64,000 bases of DNA, from NCBI GenBank assembly GCA_035084275.1, contig CM068748.1, positions 12,462,001 through 12,526,000 on the forward strand. The letters run 5' to 3'. Below, piece by piece: positions 40,301 to 52,300 of the stretch. The position numbers and the translations under genes were made by a program. Below the pieces are notes generated by a model. It made no database searches and was not told the origin of the DNA. It worked only from the letters and a program-made list of their open reading frames with translations. Position 1 is the first letter of the stretch; every line of letters begins with the position of its first letter. This DNA is from Hydrolagus colliei (taxonomy: Eukaryota).

Positions 40301-43300
40301 AATATCCAGAAACTTTTATTGATATAAAATGGGATTTAGTTGTGCTTTTTTATTTTGATAACATCAACCGACTGATAACATTAACCAGTGATCACGTTGT
40401 GCAGCACCTACGGTACATCGACGTATTTCAAACTGGGCATGAAATCTCGTCATCTCACTTCAAAATGAGTCAGCACAACAACAGGATGTGAAAGCTGTCA
40501 ACGGGATGTGAAGCATTTACAGTGAGAACTTCGCACCCTCTTATGTGGATGCTGAGTTCTGTTGTTCATCAAGAGGCTCGCAGAGAGTTCCTGGAACCTG
40601 CCATCCACATGGGGATAGCTCAATGCTGCTCTTGTCGAATGTGAAATCAATATCTTGTGTTTATCCTCCTGGGAGAGGAGAAGGTAAGCAGGGTCTACTT
40701 GGTTCTCAGGTTTGGTTTGTTAGGAATCCAAGGCACACTTTGAGATCCCCAAGCCTTGTCTCTCACCATCATGTACCTAATAAGTTTCTTTCTAGAATTA
40801 TGTAAGCAGGTTGAGTTTAAGCACTCTGAGACATCACCCGGCATGAAGGGTGCTATATAAATGCAAGTTGTTGTTCTTGTTGCAGGGATGTATTGCATTC
40901 CAGAAACTGGGATTTCCACGTAGTGGTGGTATGTATATGTGTAAATGTATCTGGTATGGATAGTCTTGAGCACAGTGATGTGTTTCCACATGTGTCAGAC
41001 ACCCAGCTAACCAAAAGAAAACATGACGCATGTTGGTTAGGTTAAGACAAGATACATTCACCACTCAGATCCATGGCTGTACAGTGTCTCATAATGAATG
41101 ATTATTGTACGCCACTTTCACATCCAAAAATGAATTAAAAATAATGAAATGGAAACTTACTAGTACTTGTTGGTTCGTTTAAAAGCTTTTCATCTGTTAA
41201 AAAAGAACGAAAATAAACTCAGCATGAGAAAGATAATGAAAATTAAATGAACTGTAGATGCTAAATGTACACAGAAATAAAACTTGCAAAGGAAAATAAA
41301 TTGGACATACACCACTTAATCTTACCCAAAACACATCCACACGTACACACTCACACACTGAATCCAACAACCAAACCTTTATATCATGAGAAAATGATTG
41401 GAAGAATGTTAAACTAATTAGATGGATAATGCTCTTAGTTGTGCCAATACTTCATTGGGAAGGCTTTATTCTTACCTGATTACTCTTATTATTCTTACCT
41501 TAACTAAGACCTTATTTCTGCTGCCTGATACCCTAGTGATATAACTACAATTTCAAAACATGAAATAAAGGGGCACGGGTTTATGCTTCTGTATTTACTT
41601 TGTGGAGGTTTGCTTTATATACCAGAGAGAGGCTTTTAGATTAAAGCAGAAATGCCTCATAATAATCCCTCCCCAAAAAAACACAATAGCAAAATTGGTC
41701 ATTCCAATCCACGACTGTTTGTAGGACACTGCTGTGCACAATTGGCTGCCATGTTTCGCCCACAAATATACAGCCAATTCACTGTACAGTATATTCTGTG
41801 AAGCGCTTTGAGATGTCTAAAAGATGTGACAAGCACAATAAAGTGCAAAGATTACTACAGTAAAAGCCCATTTATCCAGCACCCTCTGGACCTGGCTGAT
41901 GCCGGTTAAAGTGTGTGCTGGATATTCGGCCGAAAACGCAAATAATAATAATAATTTCTACGCATTTTTCTGGATAAATTCCGGTTAATCGAATGCGAAC
42001 TTTTTTTGCGCAATTCCGGTTAAAAGGAAGTTGCGGTTGATCAGGTGCCAGATAAACGGGCTTTTACTGTATTATTATTATGATGGACAAAGTGACGACA
42101 GAAATACAAGCAGCTCATGAGCTCCATTTGTTGCCTTCCTGGTCACCACTAATGTGTTCTTATTTCATCAAATGTGCAGATCTATAGAATCATAGAATAA
42201 GAGTAGAGGAGGAGATCATTTGGTCCATTAAGCTCAAGCAGAAGGTTGTTGCTAGTTTCAAGGTCATAACAACAGGGAATCTGGCACAGGAAACTGACAG
42301 TGAGAGGCATCCGGCTGCAGGACCCTGAGCTTTTGGCAACTTTACACTAAAAATCTAAAATTGGAAAAAAGGATGAATATGAGCTTCAAGTGGAGACTAC
42401 ATTTTGGCACATTTTCTGCCCTAGTCCTTTTCTATTGTTACTAACTCTTTTGCGGGTAATGTTCTATGAGCAACAGCACCCTATCGTACATTTGCTTCCT
42501 GATAATTATACTCAAGCCTAATCCTGTTTCATCAGATGTTTACACCGGGCGCACTGTTTGACTGGAGCAGAGTGGGTACCCTCTTTGACTTGTTGCTTCC
42601 CTAGTGGAGGGACGCTGAATTCTATTGGCTCCCAGGTTGGGATCCGCCACCTCGATTCTCTCCTCTCCCCATGTTCAAACAGATGGAATTTTACAGTGGA
42701 GCAGCTGCTTTTTCCCTTTCTCGAACCCAGGGAGACTGAGGCCAATTCCAGCGTACGTACCTGGTCCTATGTAACCCACTGCAGATTAAGAATGTTAGGT
42801 CTCCAGACGTCAGTGCAACGAAGTTCCAGCAAATAGAAGGAGTTTATAACTTCAGAGTTATTATAATGATAATAATAATAGTAATCCTTACATTTGATAT
42901 AGCGGTTTTCATGTCTTCTAGACATCTCAAAGAGCTTCACTGTAAAATGAATTGACTATATATTTATGGGTAAAAAATGTAGCAACCAATCGCGCACAGC
43001 AGTGTCCCCACAAACAGTCATGGATTGAAATGACTAAGTTATTATTATTTTTTGGGGGGGGGGCGGGGGGGGGAGAGATTATTATTCGGCCTGTGGAGTA
43101 GGGAAACTTGCCCAAGGTTTCACCCTGTGCCTGGAATTGAACCATGGTCACTTGCAAGGCGAGTGCTCTAACCACTGAGCTACAGGACTCTACACCCTAT
43201 TTAGTATCAGCAGCAAACTTGGGACACAATTCCTTTACCAAACCAATCATGTAAAAACCAATGGCCCCAGTACACGCTATCAGTTTGACGAACATCTATT

Positions 43301-46300
43301 CATTTACACACTGTTCATTAGAATTGCGAGTCATCCACTTGGTACGATATTGCTCATTCCACACAGGAATCTGGCGAGTAGTTTAAGTAAAGCCAAGCCT
43401 TTCACATGTAGATTTGTGCACACAGTTCTGCTAACCAAAGCAAATATTTGGAATGGATAGATTATTAAGGAATGTAGGTACAAAACATCGCAAATTAGCC
43501 CCGTTCTATTTCTTCCAGCGCCTTGTGACGTCCTCCCAATATGAAAGGCAATTTTTTGTTGTTGTAAACTAAAAATAAGATGGACCAAAGCTCTTCCTTC
43601 TCTATCCCAAATTAACTGCAGCAGAAGTTCTTGAAATTGCTTGTGTCCAATATTCTCTCTCTAAAAGCTGTAAAATAATAATGAGTATACACAGAGCAGA
43701 GACAAGGCAGCCTTTAGCTGGGGCTGAACATTGAAATGGACAATTAGGAATATATTATGTGGTATGAATGCAGGGAGGGCCCAGCTCTCGTTGTGCTGGA
43801 ACAGCTGTAAGGCCAGCTAGAAATGGGACAAACAGTACCAGGAGCTGACACTGAACTCCAGGCTCAGCTGAGTCTGTCACATTCATTGCATGTTCCAAAT
43901 GTATGACACAAGGAATTTGGTTGGAAAATTGTAGCAAATATGTCTTGAGGGGATATTACTTGCTGGTACTGAAGACAAAAGCTGATTTAACTCGACAAGA
44001 GTGCCAGTCTAGCCTTTTAAAATACTAATTTATAATACAGAAAAAGCTTGGCTGTGAAGTTGCAATTAATATGTAAGGTCAAGTCCAGGACACATAATTT
44101 CTGAAAAATTATTCATATTTTTGGAAGTCAGCCTTCGGACATGTCAGTTTACTTCATGCAACACTGAATTGCAGTTATTTTGATTTGCTTTATTATCCAG
44201 GGTCAATGAAACAAGCCATTTCTAAGCAATATACATTTTGAACAGTGCGGTACTGTAGTCTCAGTCCTGCTGCTGTGGATTACATTGTGAAGTACAGAAC
44301 TCCTAATTTAGCATTATTTTGATAGTGAAGAAGTAGCCGCCCTCAAACATATAGCTCGTGTGGGAAATGGAACGTCACCTGGAACATTTCTTCTGAAGTA
44401 AGGGTCAGTGTTCATTGCTCGGAAATGGAATGAGGTTTACTCTGCTATATACGATGATACAGAATGATAATAACTACAGTAACATAATAATATTTATATA
44501 AGGCCTTTCACATCGGGAGGACAGCCCTAGGTGCTGGACAGTTAAAGCTGTGGTGGGGGCAGATAAGAAGAAGGTACTGATGTGGACCTTGAAGGAAGCA
44601 AAGGAAGGGGCAAGCCGAAGATACTCCAGGATTAAGTTCCAAAGAGTGAGAGTATATAATCTGAAAGTCTGGGTGGGATAGGGTATGTGCCTTCTTGTAA
44701 ACAATTATAATCCTTCCCATTGATATAGTACTTTTCATTTTGAGAGGACATCTCTAAGTGCTTCACAAGAACTACTGTAAAATGCAGTCACTTTGTAGGC
44801 AAACACAGGACATGGAAATTCTCTACGCAAACAGGGTTTGTCATCGGTGGAGGAATGGCCCATTTCCCTGCAACAGTATCTCTTACATTGATGAGAACAA
44901 GCCACTCCAAAGCATAATACAATTTTAATACTAAAGATCATGGATATTGTCATTTTCATGTTTGGAGGATGTTTTAAAATGCCTCAGATTATGAGGTTCC
45001 CTCTCTCCCTACCCATCCAATTCTACCTTTATTTCCTTTCTTCTCAAAGCAGTAACGCACATAGTGAGTGTGGTTCTACAAACACTAGAATTATTCTAAT
45101 ATCTCATATAAGTGACCACTCTTCATGGTTCAGCATCAGTAAGTTAAATGAACTGTGGGACCATCAGTCAAAACTTTCACATCTTCAAACAGACTTTCAC
45201 TTACACATACATTCTTCCTTTTCTGCAGAGGTCACTGAATAGCTTCAAAGCACAAGAACCATGACAAACTTTTCCTGTCTAAAAATGGGATACTGAGAAT
45301 CATTGCAGTTCTTTTGCTGCCAAACCTCCTGATTTCAGCTAACTGAGCACATGAACCAACGACAATCCTAGTATGTGATCCACAGAACCATGCCAAACAA
45401 GGGCCAACTGAGCCATTGATGTTCATTTCAAACTCAGTATCAGACACCACATACAAGAGTGATCTCTCACTCATTATTCCATAACACGGAAGAGCCATAT
45501 GCAAAATTCATTATAAACAACTGAATTATGTCTAAATATTAACTATAAAACAAATATTCGTAAAACTGTGAAAGAATTTCTGGGGATGGAGGGATCACAG
45601 GGTCTGCCCAGCAGTCACCGCAATGGAATGCTTCAAATCTCAACTGGTAAAAAGAGATGGTCCAGCTGATGTGGAGGGTTGTGGCTTGACCACAGGGCTT
45701 AGAGCTGTAGGACAAGAGTGGGATACTAGCCGCTCGCTGCACTGGTCACAAGCACTTACTGGAGAAAAGCATATGTGAAGATCTTCATGGGAGGGAACGT
45801 CTTACCTTTTGAACTGAGGAGAAACAACAGTGGAAGGGAGAAGGCATGCATCAATTAAATAAACTTAGGGAGAGAATCGAGGGCTGCAGAATGGAAACCT
45901 TTACAAGCAGTGCATTCTTCTTCATTTGGGACTTGATCAGTCTTTCTTGAGGGGCCCTTTACCTCCACCACTGAAAATCAGGGCAAATTTAAGTAACTTT
46001 GTGCTCTCGTTTATCAACAGCATTTAGTGTAAAACACCAGGATTGGAGCTCTGCGGACAGTGTGGATTGCGCGCTTAAATCAACATTGTTGACTTCTCCT
46101 GCTGCTGGTGCCTCACAGATGTAGCACATTGCAAGCACAGCATCTGTGTGATGTGCCACAGCTTTCACCTGCTGCTAGAGCCCACCCCTGCAGAGAAATT
46201 CATCCAATGGCAATCTGTGCTACTTACTCTGCATACAGAGCCCATCTGTGCAGTTTTTGGACACCAGCACTAGACCAGAGCAGTCTCTGCCTCCGTTTCT

Positions 46301-49300
46301 GGGGGACGGTGCCGCGCACTTGCGGCTTCTCCAGTGGGTGCACTCTGTGCTGCAAGCCGACCATTTGCTCCACTCTGTCCAGCCACCGTCAACTGCATTT
46401 TACCAGGGAAAAAAAAATAAGAAATAAAATAAAAATGACTTCGGGTCACATCACAGCCAGCCAGACCTGCTTGAATTAAAACACTGTTTCTGGGGCTTCA
46501 CATCTGATGCTCTGATTCAAGAAGCTGCAAGCTCACTCTACAGACTACAATATTTCCCTCACTGCCAGGAGCACAGATCAAAGGCATACACCAGCACAAG
46601 GCATGCTTGAATAGCCTATTAACTCTTTGCCTTGACTGGTCTACTTGCTTTGCCATAAGGCAGTAATTTGCCATGTTGTGTGGTGAGTGGAAAATGTAAT
46701 TAGTAACTATTACACACCATCTTATCATGAACGTGCTAAGCAAGCTGTTTTTTTTTAAAACAGAACAGAAGCACTGATGTTTGTGGTGGATCGAAAACAT
46801 TGAGGCAGACGTCATCTGTTTTTAATGATTGCGTGTCAGCACAGTATTTACAAGTCCACTTCAAACATCCTGCATCATTCTGGGTTACCCCAGTTGCAGA
46901 AACCCTCCCCTCCTCCAGTTAAAATGAAGGACAGATGCCTCAGTGCCATTGACACTTGCACGTGTAAACACATTGCTTGCATGTTGCCTTCACTACTCGT
47001 AATTCTGGCCGTTAGATCTCCCTCAATTACTGGAGCCTCTGGAATCAGCAGGACAACTTCAATCACCCAACAGTGCTGTCATTGGAAGCCAAGCTGTCAG
47101 TTTGAAGGATATTACCCTCCAAATGTGCCTTCTCAGCAACTGCACTTCTTTCCTGCGATCTAATACTGATCAGAACAATTGCTACAGTTACAAATTCTCC
47201 TCTGCAATGACTGACCGTCAGTACAATGGAACTGCAGGTTCAAGTGGCAAACATAATTGTGGAAAGGTGAGTCTTACTCTTTGCAGATCACCATAGTACT
47301 GTTTTCATTTGAGCACACTTGCCTTGCACAGTCGTTGACCTGGTACAGAAGATCCTGACAAACACCATTTTACATTCACTTTAAAGATGGCATCTGATTC
47401 ATGCACTGTGAAACCTTGTTAGAATACAGTGGTTGGGATTAACAAATTTCCAGCATTGCAACAGAGATGTAACTCAATTTGTGGTATAAAGAAGTATGTT
47501 TTTAACAAGGCTGCCTTGTATTAAGAATCAAAGATTTGAATCCTGGATTGACCTTCTCTGCCCAACGCTTGACAAATGGGAATTAAGATTTAAATTGTAT
47601 GTATCTGGATCAACTTTAGTCTGATCTCAATCTTCCCTTGGAGCTTTCAGTCAATTAGAATACATGTGGTAAAGTTTTGAGAAACATTTTCAGTCTTGCT
47701 TCTGTTTTTTTCACCAGTGTGAATTTTGGTTGGATATTTTAATTCTCTACTAATTTAAAATCTCCAGTGGAATAGTTAACATTGTCATGATGGATGATGT
47801 GTGGAAACTGCTGAGCAAATGTTTTCCCCCTGCAAAAGCATCTCAAAAATATCCTGCAGTTTACCCAACAAAAATGTTTTATACTATACATACAGTATAC
47901 ATAGAATCATTCAGTTCATATAGCCTTTGAGGGAACAAACCTCATATCTCACAGTGGATGGAGAATAAATTCAATAATAAACAACACAATATGCTTGAAA
48001 TAATTTGGAAGCTTTTGTGTATAATATGAGCAAATCAAACACAACACAACCCCCCCCCCCCCCCCCACACACACACCAAAGCCACCTCTTCTGTCACTTC
48101 CAGTATTGCTTACACCACCTAAAATCAAACTCACCTGGGCACATAGTGCTGCAGGAAATCCTCTGGGATGTTTGTCCATCACAGAAGGCCCCTCCATTTA
48201 GTGGTGCTGGGTTGGTACATGTTCTTGTACGCTTCTGCCAGCCTCGGCCACAGCGGTTGCTACATGTAGTCCATTCTGTCCAGGTGGACCATCCACCATT
48301 TACTGGGGGAAAATCAGAACAGGATATCCTTGGTTGAAATGTATCTACAAGAAAATCTTTGCATTTGATACTGCACACTTCACATCAGGAGGACATATAT
48401 GAAATCCTGCTTCACTGGATACACTGTAAAGTGTATTGAATGCGTGTTTTGTAGACAAACGCAACAGCAAATCTGCATGCAGCAATGTCCCACAAAGAGC
48501 TGTAACAGATTTTATTTGGGAGATTGTTGGCCAGGAAACCAGGAGAAAATCCCTTCTTTTTCTGAATAATACCATGATATTTATTGTCCACCTAAACAGG
48601 CAGATGAGACCTCAATTTAACATCTCATCCTAAATATAGCATGTCCACCAATGAAGTTACACACCCAGGATTGCATTGCGATAGCAGCTTGGACTAGTGA
48701 GTGTAAAGTCCCAATGTGGAAATTGAATCCACGGCCATCTGACTCAGTTGCACGATTGCTATCACATCATCCAGGCCAGTACCTGGAAAAGAGAGCTGTG
48801 CAGTACAATCCTTTGTACTGCATTCCCTTCATTTTAGTCCAACCAAGTAGAGCTTGTCTAAACCGTATATTCAACTATCCCACAACTGACATTTCAATTA
48901 CACTCTACAGAGGGGATTGAGCTGCCTAAATTGGACAGCCTCTCAATAAAAATGATGACTGTCGCAGTGCTGTGGTTCTTCCAGTCAAAAACCATATAAG
49001 ACAATTTGAACTGGATAAATGTAACCTATTCCAGTCCAGAATCTACCCTTTGCAACTCTGAAGAAAAGATTGTTCAAGGTTTTTTTTTTGTCTGAAATCC
49101 AGTATTGCTTGTTGGATTGTGAGTGTACTTCAGAATGCTGAATGTACCCTGAGATGTGCTTTGCATTATTTTTAGCCGGGAATGTACTTGGGAAAATTTG
49201 GGTCCCTGAAATCACAATTAATCTGGGAATTTCTTAATTTCTGTCTTTTGAATTGCTTCTTCCATCTTCTCCTAGAAAGACAAGATTCTTAACAAACACC

Positions 49301-52300
49301 AAACTAATTGCCCCCAACTTTCCTATTGGTTAACTCCTTTTAAAACAAAATACCTGCATAAGTGACTGCCTGGAAACGGTACTGAAGAGCACAAGGACAA
49401 GTACAAACTGAGATGGACAAATACTTCATAGGACCTAATGTTGTCCGTTCTGCTGGGACCTGTTAATGAGTAGAAAAACTTTGGCTTTGGAAGGAGAAAT
49501 GCCAGGCTTGAACTGTAGAGATATGGACATGGATAAATATTACGGTGTTGATACTCGTTACAATTGGGGATCAGATTGCAACCATACAGAACTATACAGA
49601 TACAGCTAGTGCGGGTGGGAGTAGTTGACAATAGTGTCTTCTTTTTCCACAGTCTATAGAAGAAGTGGATTTGTGGGCTGGTCAACTTTTTCTTGTTTCT
49701 TATTTCTGACTTTGCTATCACTCATTGGCGGCCAATCTTCAGGCCTGCATGTGAGCCTATCTCACGTCTGCCAAGTATTACGAGATTAACCCTGAAACAC
49801 GTCACACCGTCTAAGCACAATGCAATTGTTGAGCCGTGTTAATTATTTTGTTGTTTGCATCAGTAAATCCTGAGATCCCAATAACAATGCCCCTCTTTTT
49901 ATTGTAACCCATTGGCAGCTCTGAAGGCTGAAGATTATTCTGCATCTTTCATCTTAGATCCTATCAACAGCATATTAATTCCTTCTAAATTCCTTTACTG
50001 TACTGCTGCATATTGAATAGACCGCACACATTTATTATGTGTCTTCCCCTCTTTATTTTTCAGACAAGAAGTCGGGGGGAAAAAAACAACCATCAGCCAG
50101 AATGATGCCAAATATGTAACATTGCTGCTGAAACTGGAATCCTGTAAGAATTTTAATCTCCTATTGAAAGCTATATGTTGTCCAACATGTCAAGTAGAGT
50201 CCATATTAATTGGGATTCTGCTGCTTCCAAAACCTTCAACAAGTAAATTACAGATTATTAACTCGAGTTGTTATTGCTTTAGGGGCTAGCAGCGGAAAAG
50301 CTGCTGACGTACAAGCAATTAAACTTTTCATATTTAGAATATTAATCATCAGAACAGCTCATTGCACAACAACAGGCTGAACCCATGCTATACCTGAATC
50401 TGTTAAAAGTCCAGTTTGTTGCATTGATGTGTCAGAGGAACTTTTCCTCCATAACCCCAAGGTGTACTGGCGGGGAGCATTCAGGCACATGTTGCTGTTT
50501 CACTGGATGTTCACCTATAGTGTATACTGATACATATCCAGCTATAATATAGTCAGTAAATGAATAGCTATAATGTACATTGGTCCAAATGAGAAGATTG
50601 TTACAGTAGAAGCCTGTTTATCTGTGACTTGATGAACTGGCACTTCCGTATAACCGGCAAGCCCCAAAAAACTCCCCATTTGATAAACCGGAACTTATCC
50701 GGAACAATAGCGGTGGAGCATTTGAAAATGCATAAATAACATAGCAACAGAATATTGTATTGGTACTTATTGTTCAAACTACTTTCTTGCGCTTCTCATC
50801 TTTGCTGGTAGATGCTGCGCTTGAAGCCATAATGCTGCGGTTGACGTTTATTGTCCAGCGATTCTTTTTAAAATGGAGCATGCCAAACGGGTGAAAAAAA
50901 CGGAGCGCAACTTTAAAGCCTTACTAGCAGCAAGCCGATAACGCTAGCCAATAACCCACATTGTCGCGTAGGTGCTGTATTTCGGTTTGCCACAAGTAGA
51001 GTCTAGGGCTATCGGCTTGCCGCTAGTAAAGTCGCGCAAATTGCCGTTTTTTTCACCTGCTTGGCGTCCTCCATTTAAAAAAGAATCGCTGGACTGTAAA
51101 CCTCAATCAGTAAAGGTGAGAAGTGCAAGAGAGTAGTTTTAACAATAAGTACCAACACAATATTCTGTTATTATTTGTTATTATTTAGTCTGGTGTGTAT
51201 AGTGTGTGTCAAAAAAAACTAATTTTTTTTGTGGTGGGTTTTCAGCCGTGGGCCGCCCGAATATCCGGCAGGCACTTTAACCGGCATTGGCCTGGTCCCG
51301 CGGGTACCGGATAAACAGGCCTTTACTGTATTCTGTTTTGCAACAAGCTTTGTTTTCTCCATACAACCATTAGCTGTGGAGCTGTGGAGTCCTGTAGCTC
51401 AGTGGTTCGAGCACTCGCCTTACAAGCGAGAGTCCCGGGGTCGATTGCCGGACAGGGTGAAACCTTGGGCAAGTTTCCTTTACTCCACACGCCTGATAAT
51501 AATCCCTCCTAAAATTTGTTAATTCCAATCCATGACTGTTTGTGGGACACTGCTGTGCAAAATTGGCTGCCACATTTCGCTCATGTATCAATTGACTTTA
51601 CAGTATTTTCTGTGAAGCGCTTTGAGACTTCTAGAAGACATAAAAAGCGCTATATCAAATGCAAGGATTATTATTATTAGATGTCCCGAATACTGTAAAC
51701 TCTAGACCTGTGTCTTACCGTATACAAGCACTGTGGCAGTGGTACTCCGCCGCTTGGCAACAATGTTCTTAGCCACACAGGTGTAGTTTGCCGTGTCTGA
51801 CAGGCGAGCTTGTTTGATGATCAGATTGTGGTCAATTGTGATGAGGAAGTTGGAGTCTTGAACTGAGTTGATAACATCTTCATTCTTCAGCCATTCCACC
51901 TAAATGAAATAATGAAATGGGTGATTGGGGGGAAAGTGGTGGTGGAGGTGGGGGGGTGGGAGGGGCAAGTGGAAAGAAGAGAGTGTGTGATTAAACGCAA
52001 GTATCCCTCAAGATGCCAATGTGCTTCAATTATTCTTGGCCAGTAAAAAAAAATCTTTGAAATCTTAAACTAATGTGATAACTTGTGAATTGATAAAATG
52101 AAGAAAGTTAGAGTTCAAGGACAGATATGGTTGGGTTGAGTCACAAAAGCCTCCAGGTATCAAGAGAAAGATTTGCATAATTAGTGCACTTCTTTCCCAT
52201 TAGTGAGACTAATTGCCACAGGTTGCCGTGCAGAAAGACTTCATCAATTGGGGACTCTGAGGTAAAGGAAGATTTGATGGCTTGTGTGCCACAGTTTAAG

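Noticed and set aside
46108-46479. 123-aa plus-strand ORF (similarly 57066-57470, 48005-48337, 22111-22401)
   Set aside because: These are antisense shadows of real unc5b exons.
51386-51455. tRNA-like sequence with A/B boxes (also at 30965, 52674 and 43130-43191)
   Set aside because: No proper acceptor stem, and each continues directly into a shared SINE body and tail, so these are SINE heads and not tRNA genes.
51926-51966. G-rich tracts (also 20023-20046, 56826-56858, 57321-57343 and the C-run at 48050-48066) as G-quadruplexes
   Set aside because: Simple low-complexity runs are common in this sequence and nothing points to function.
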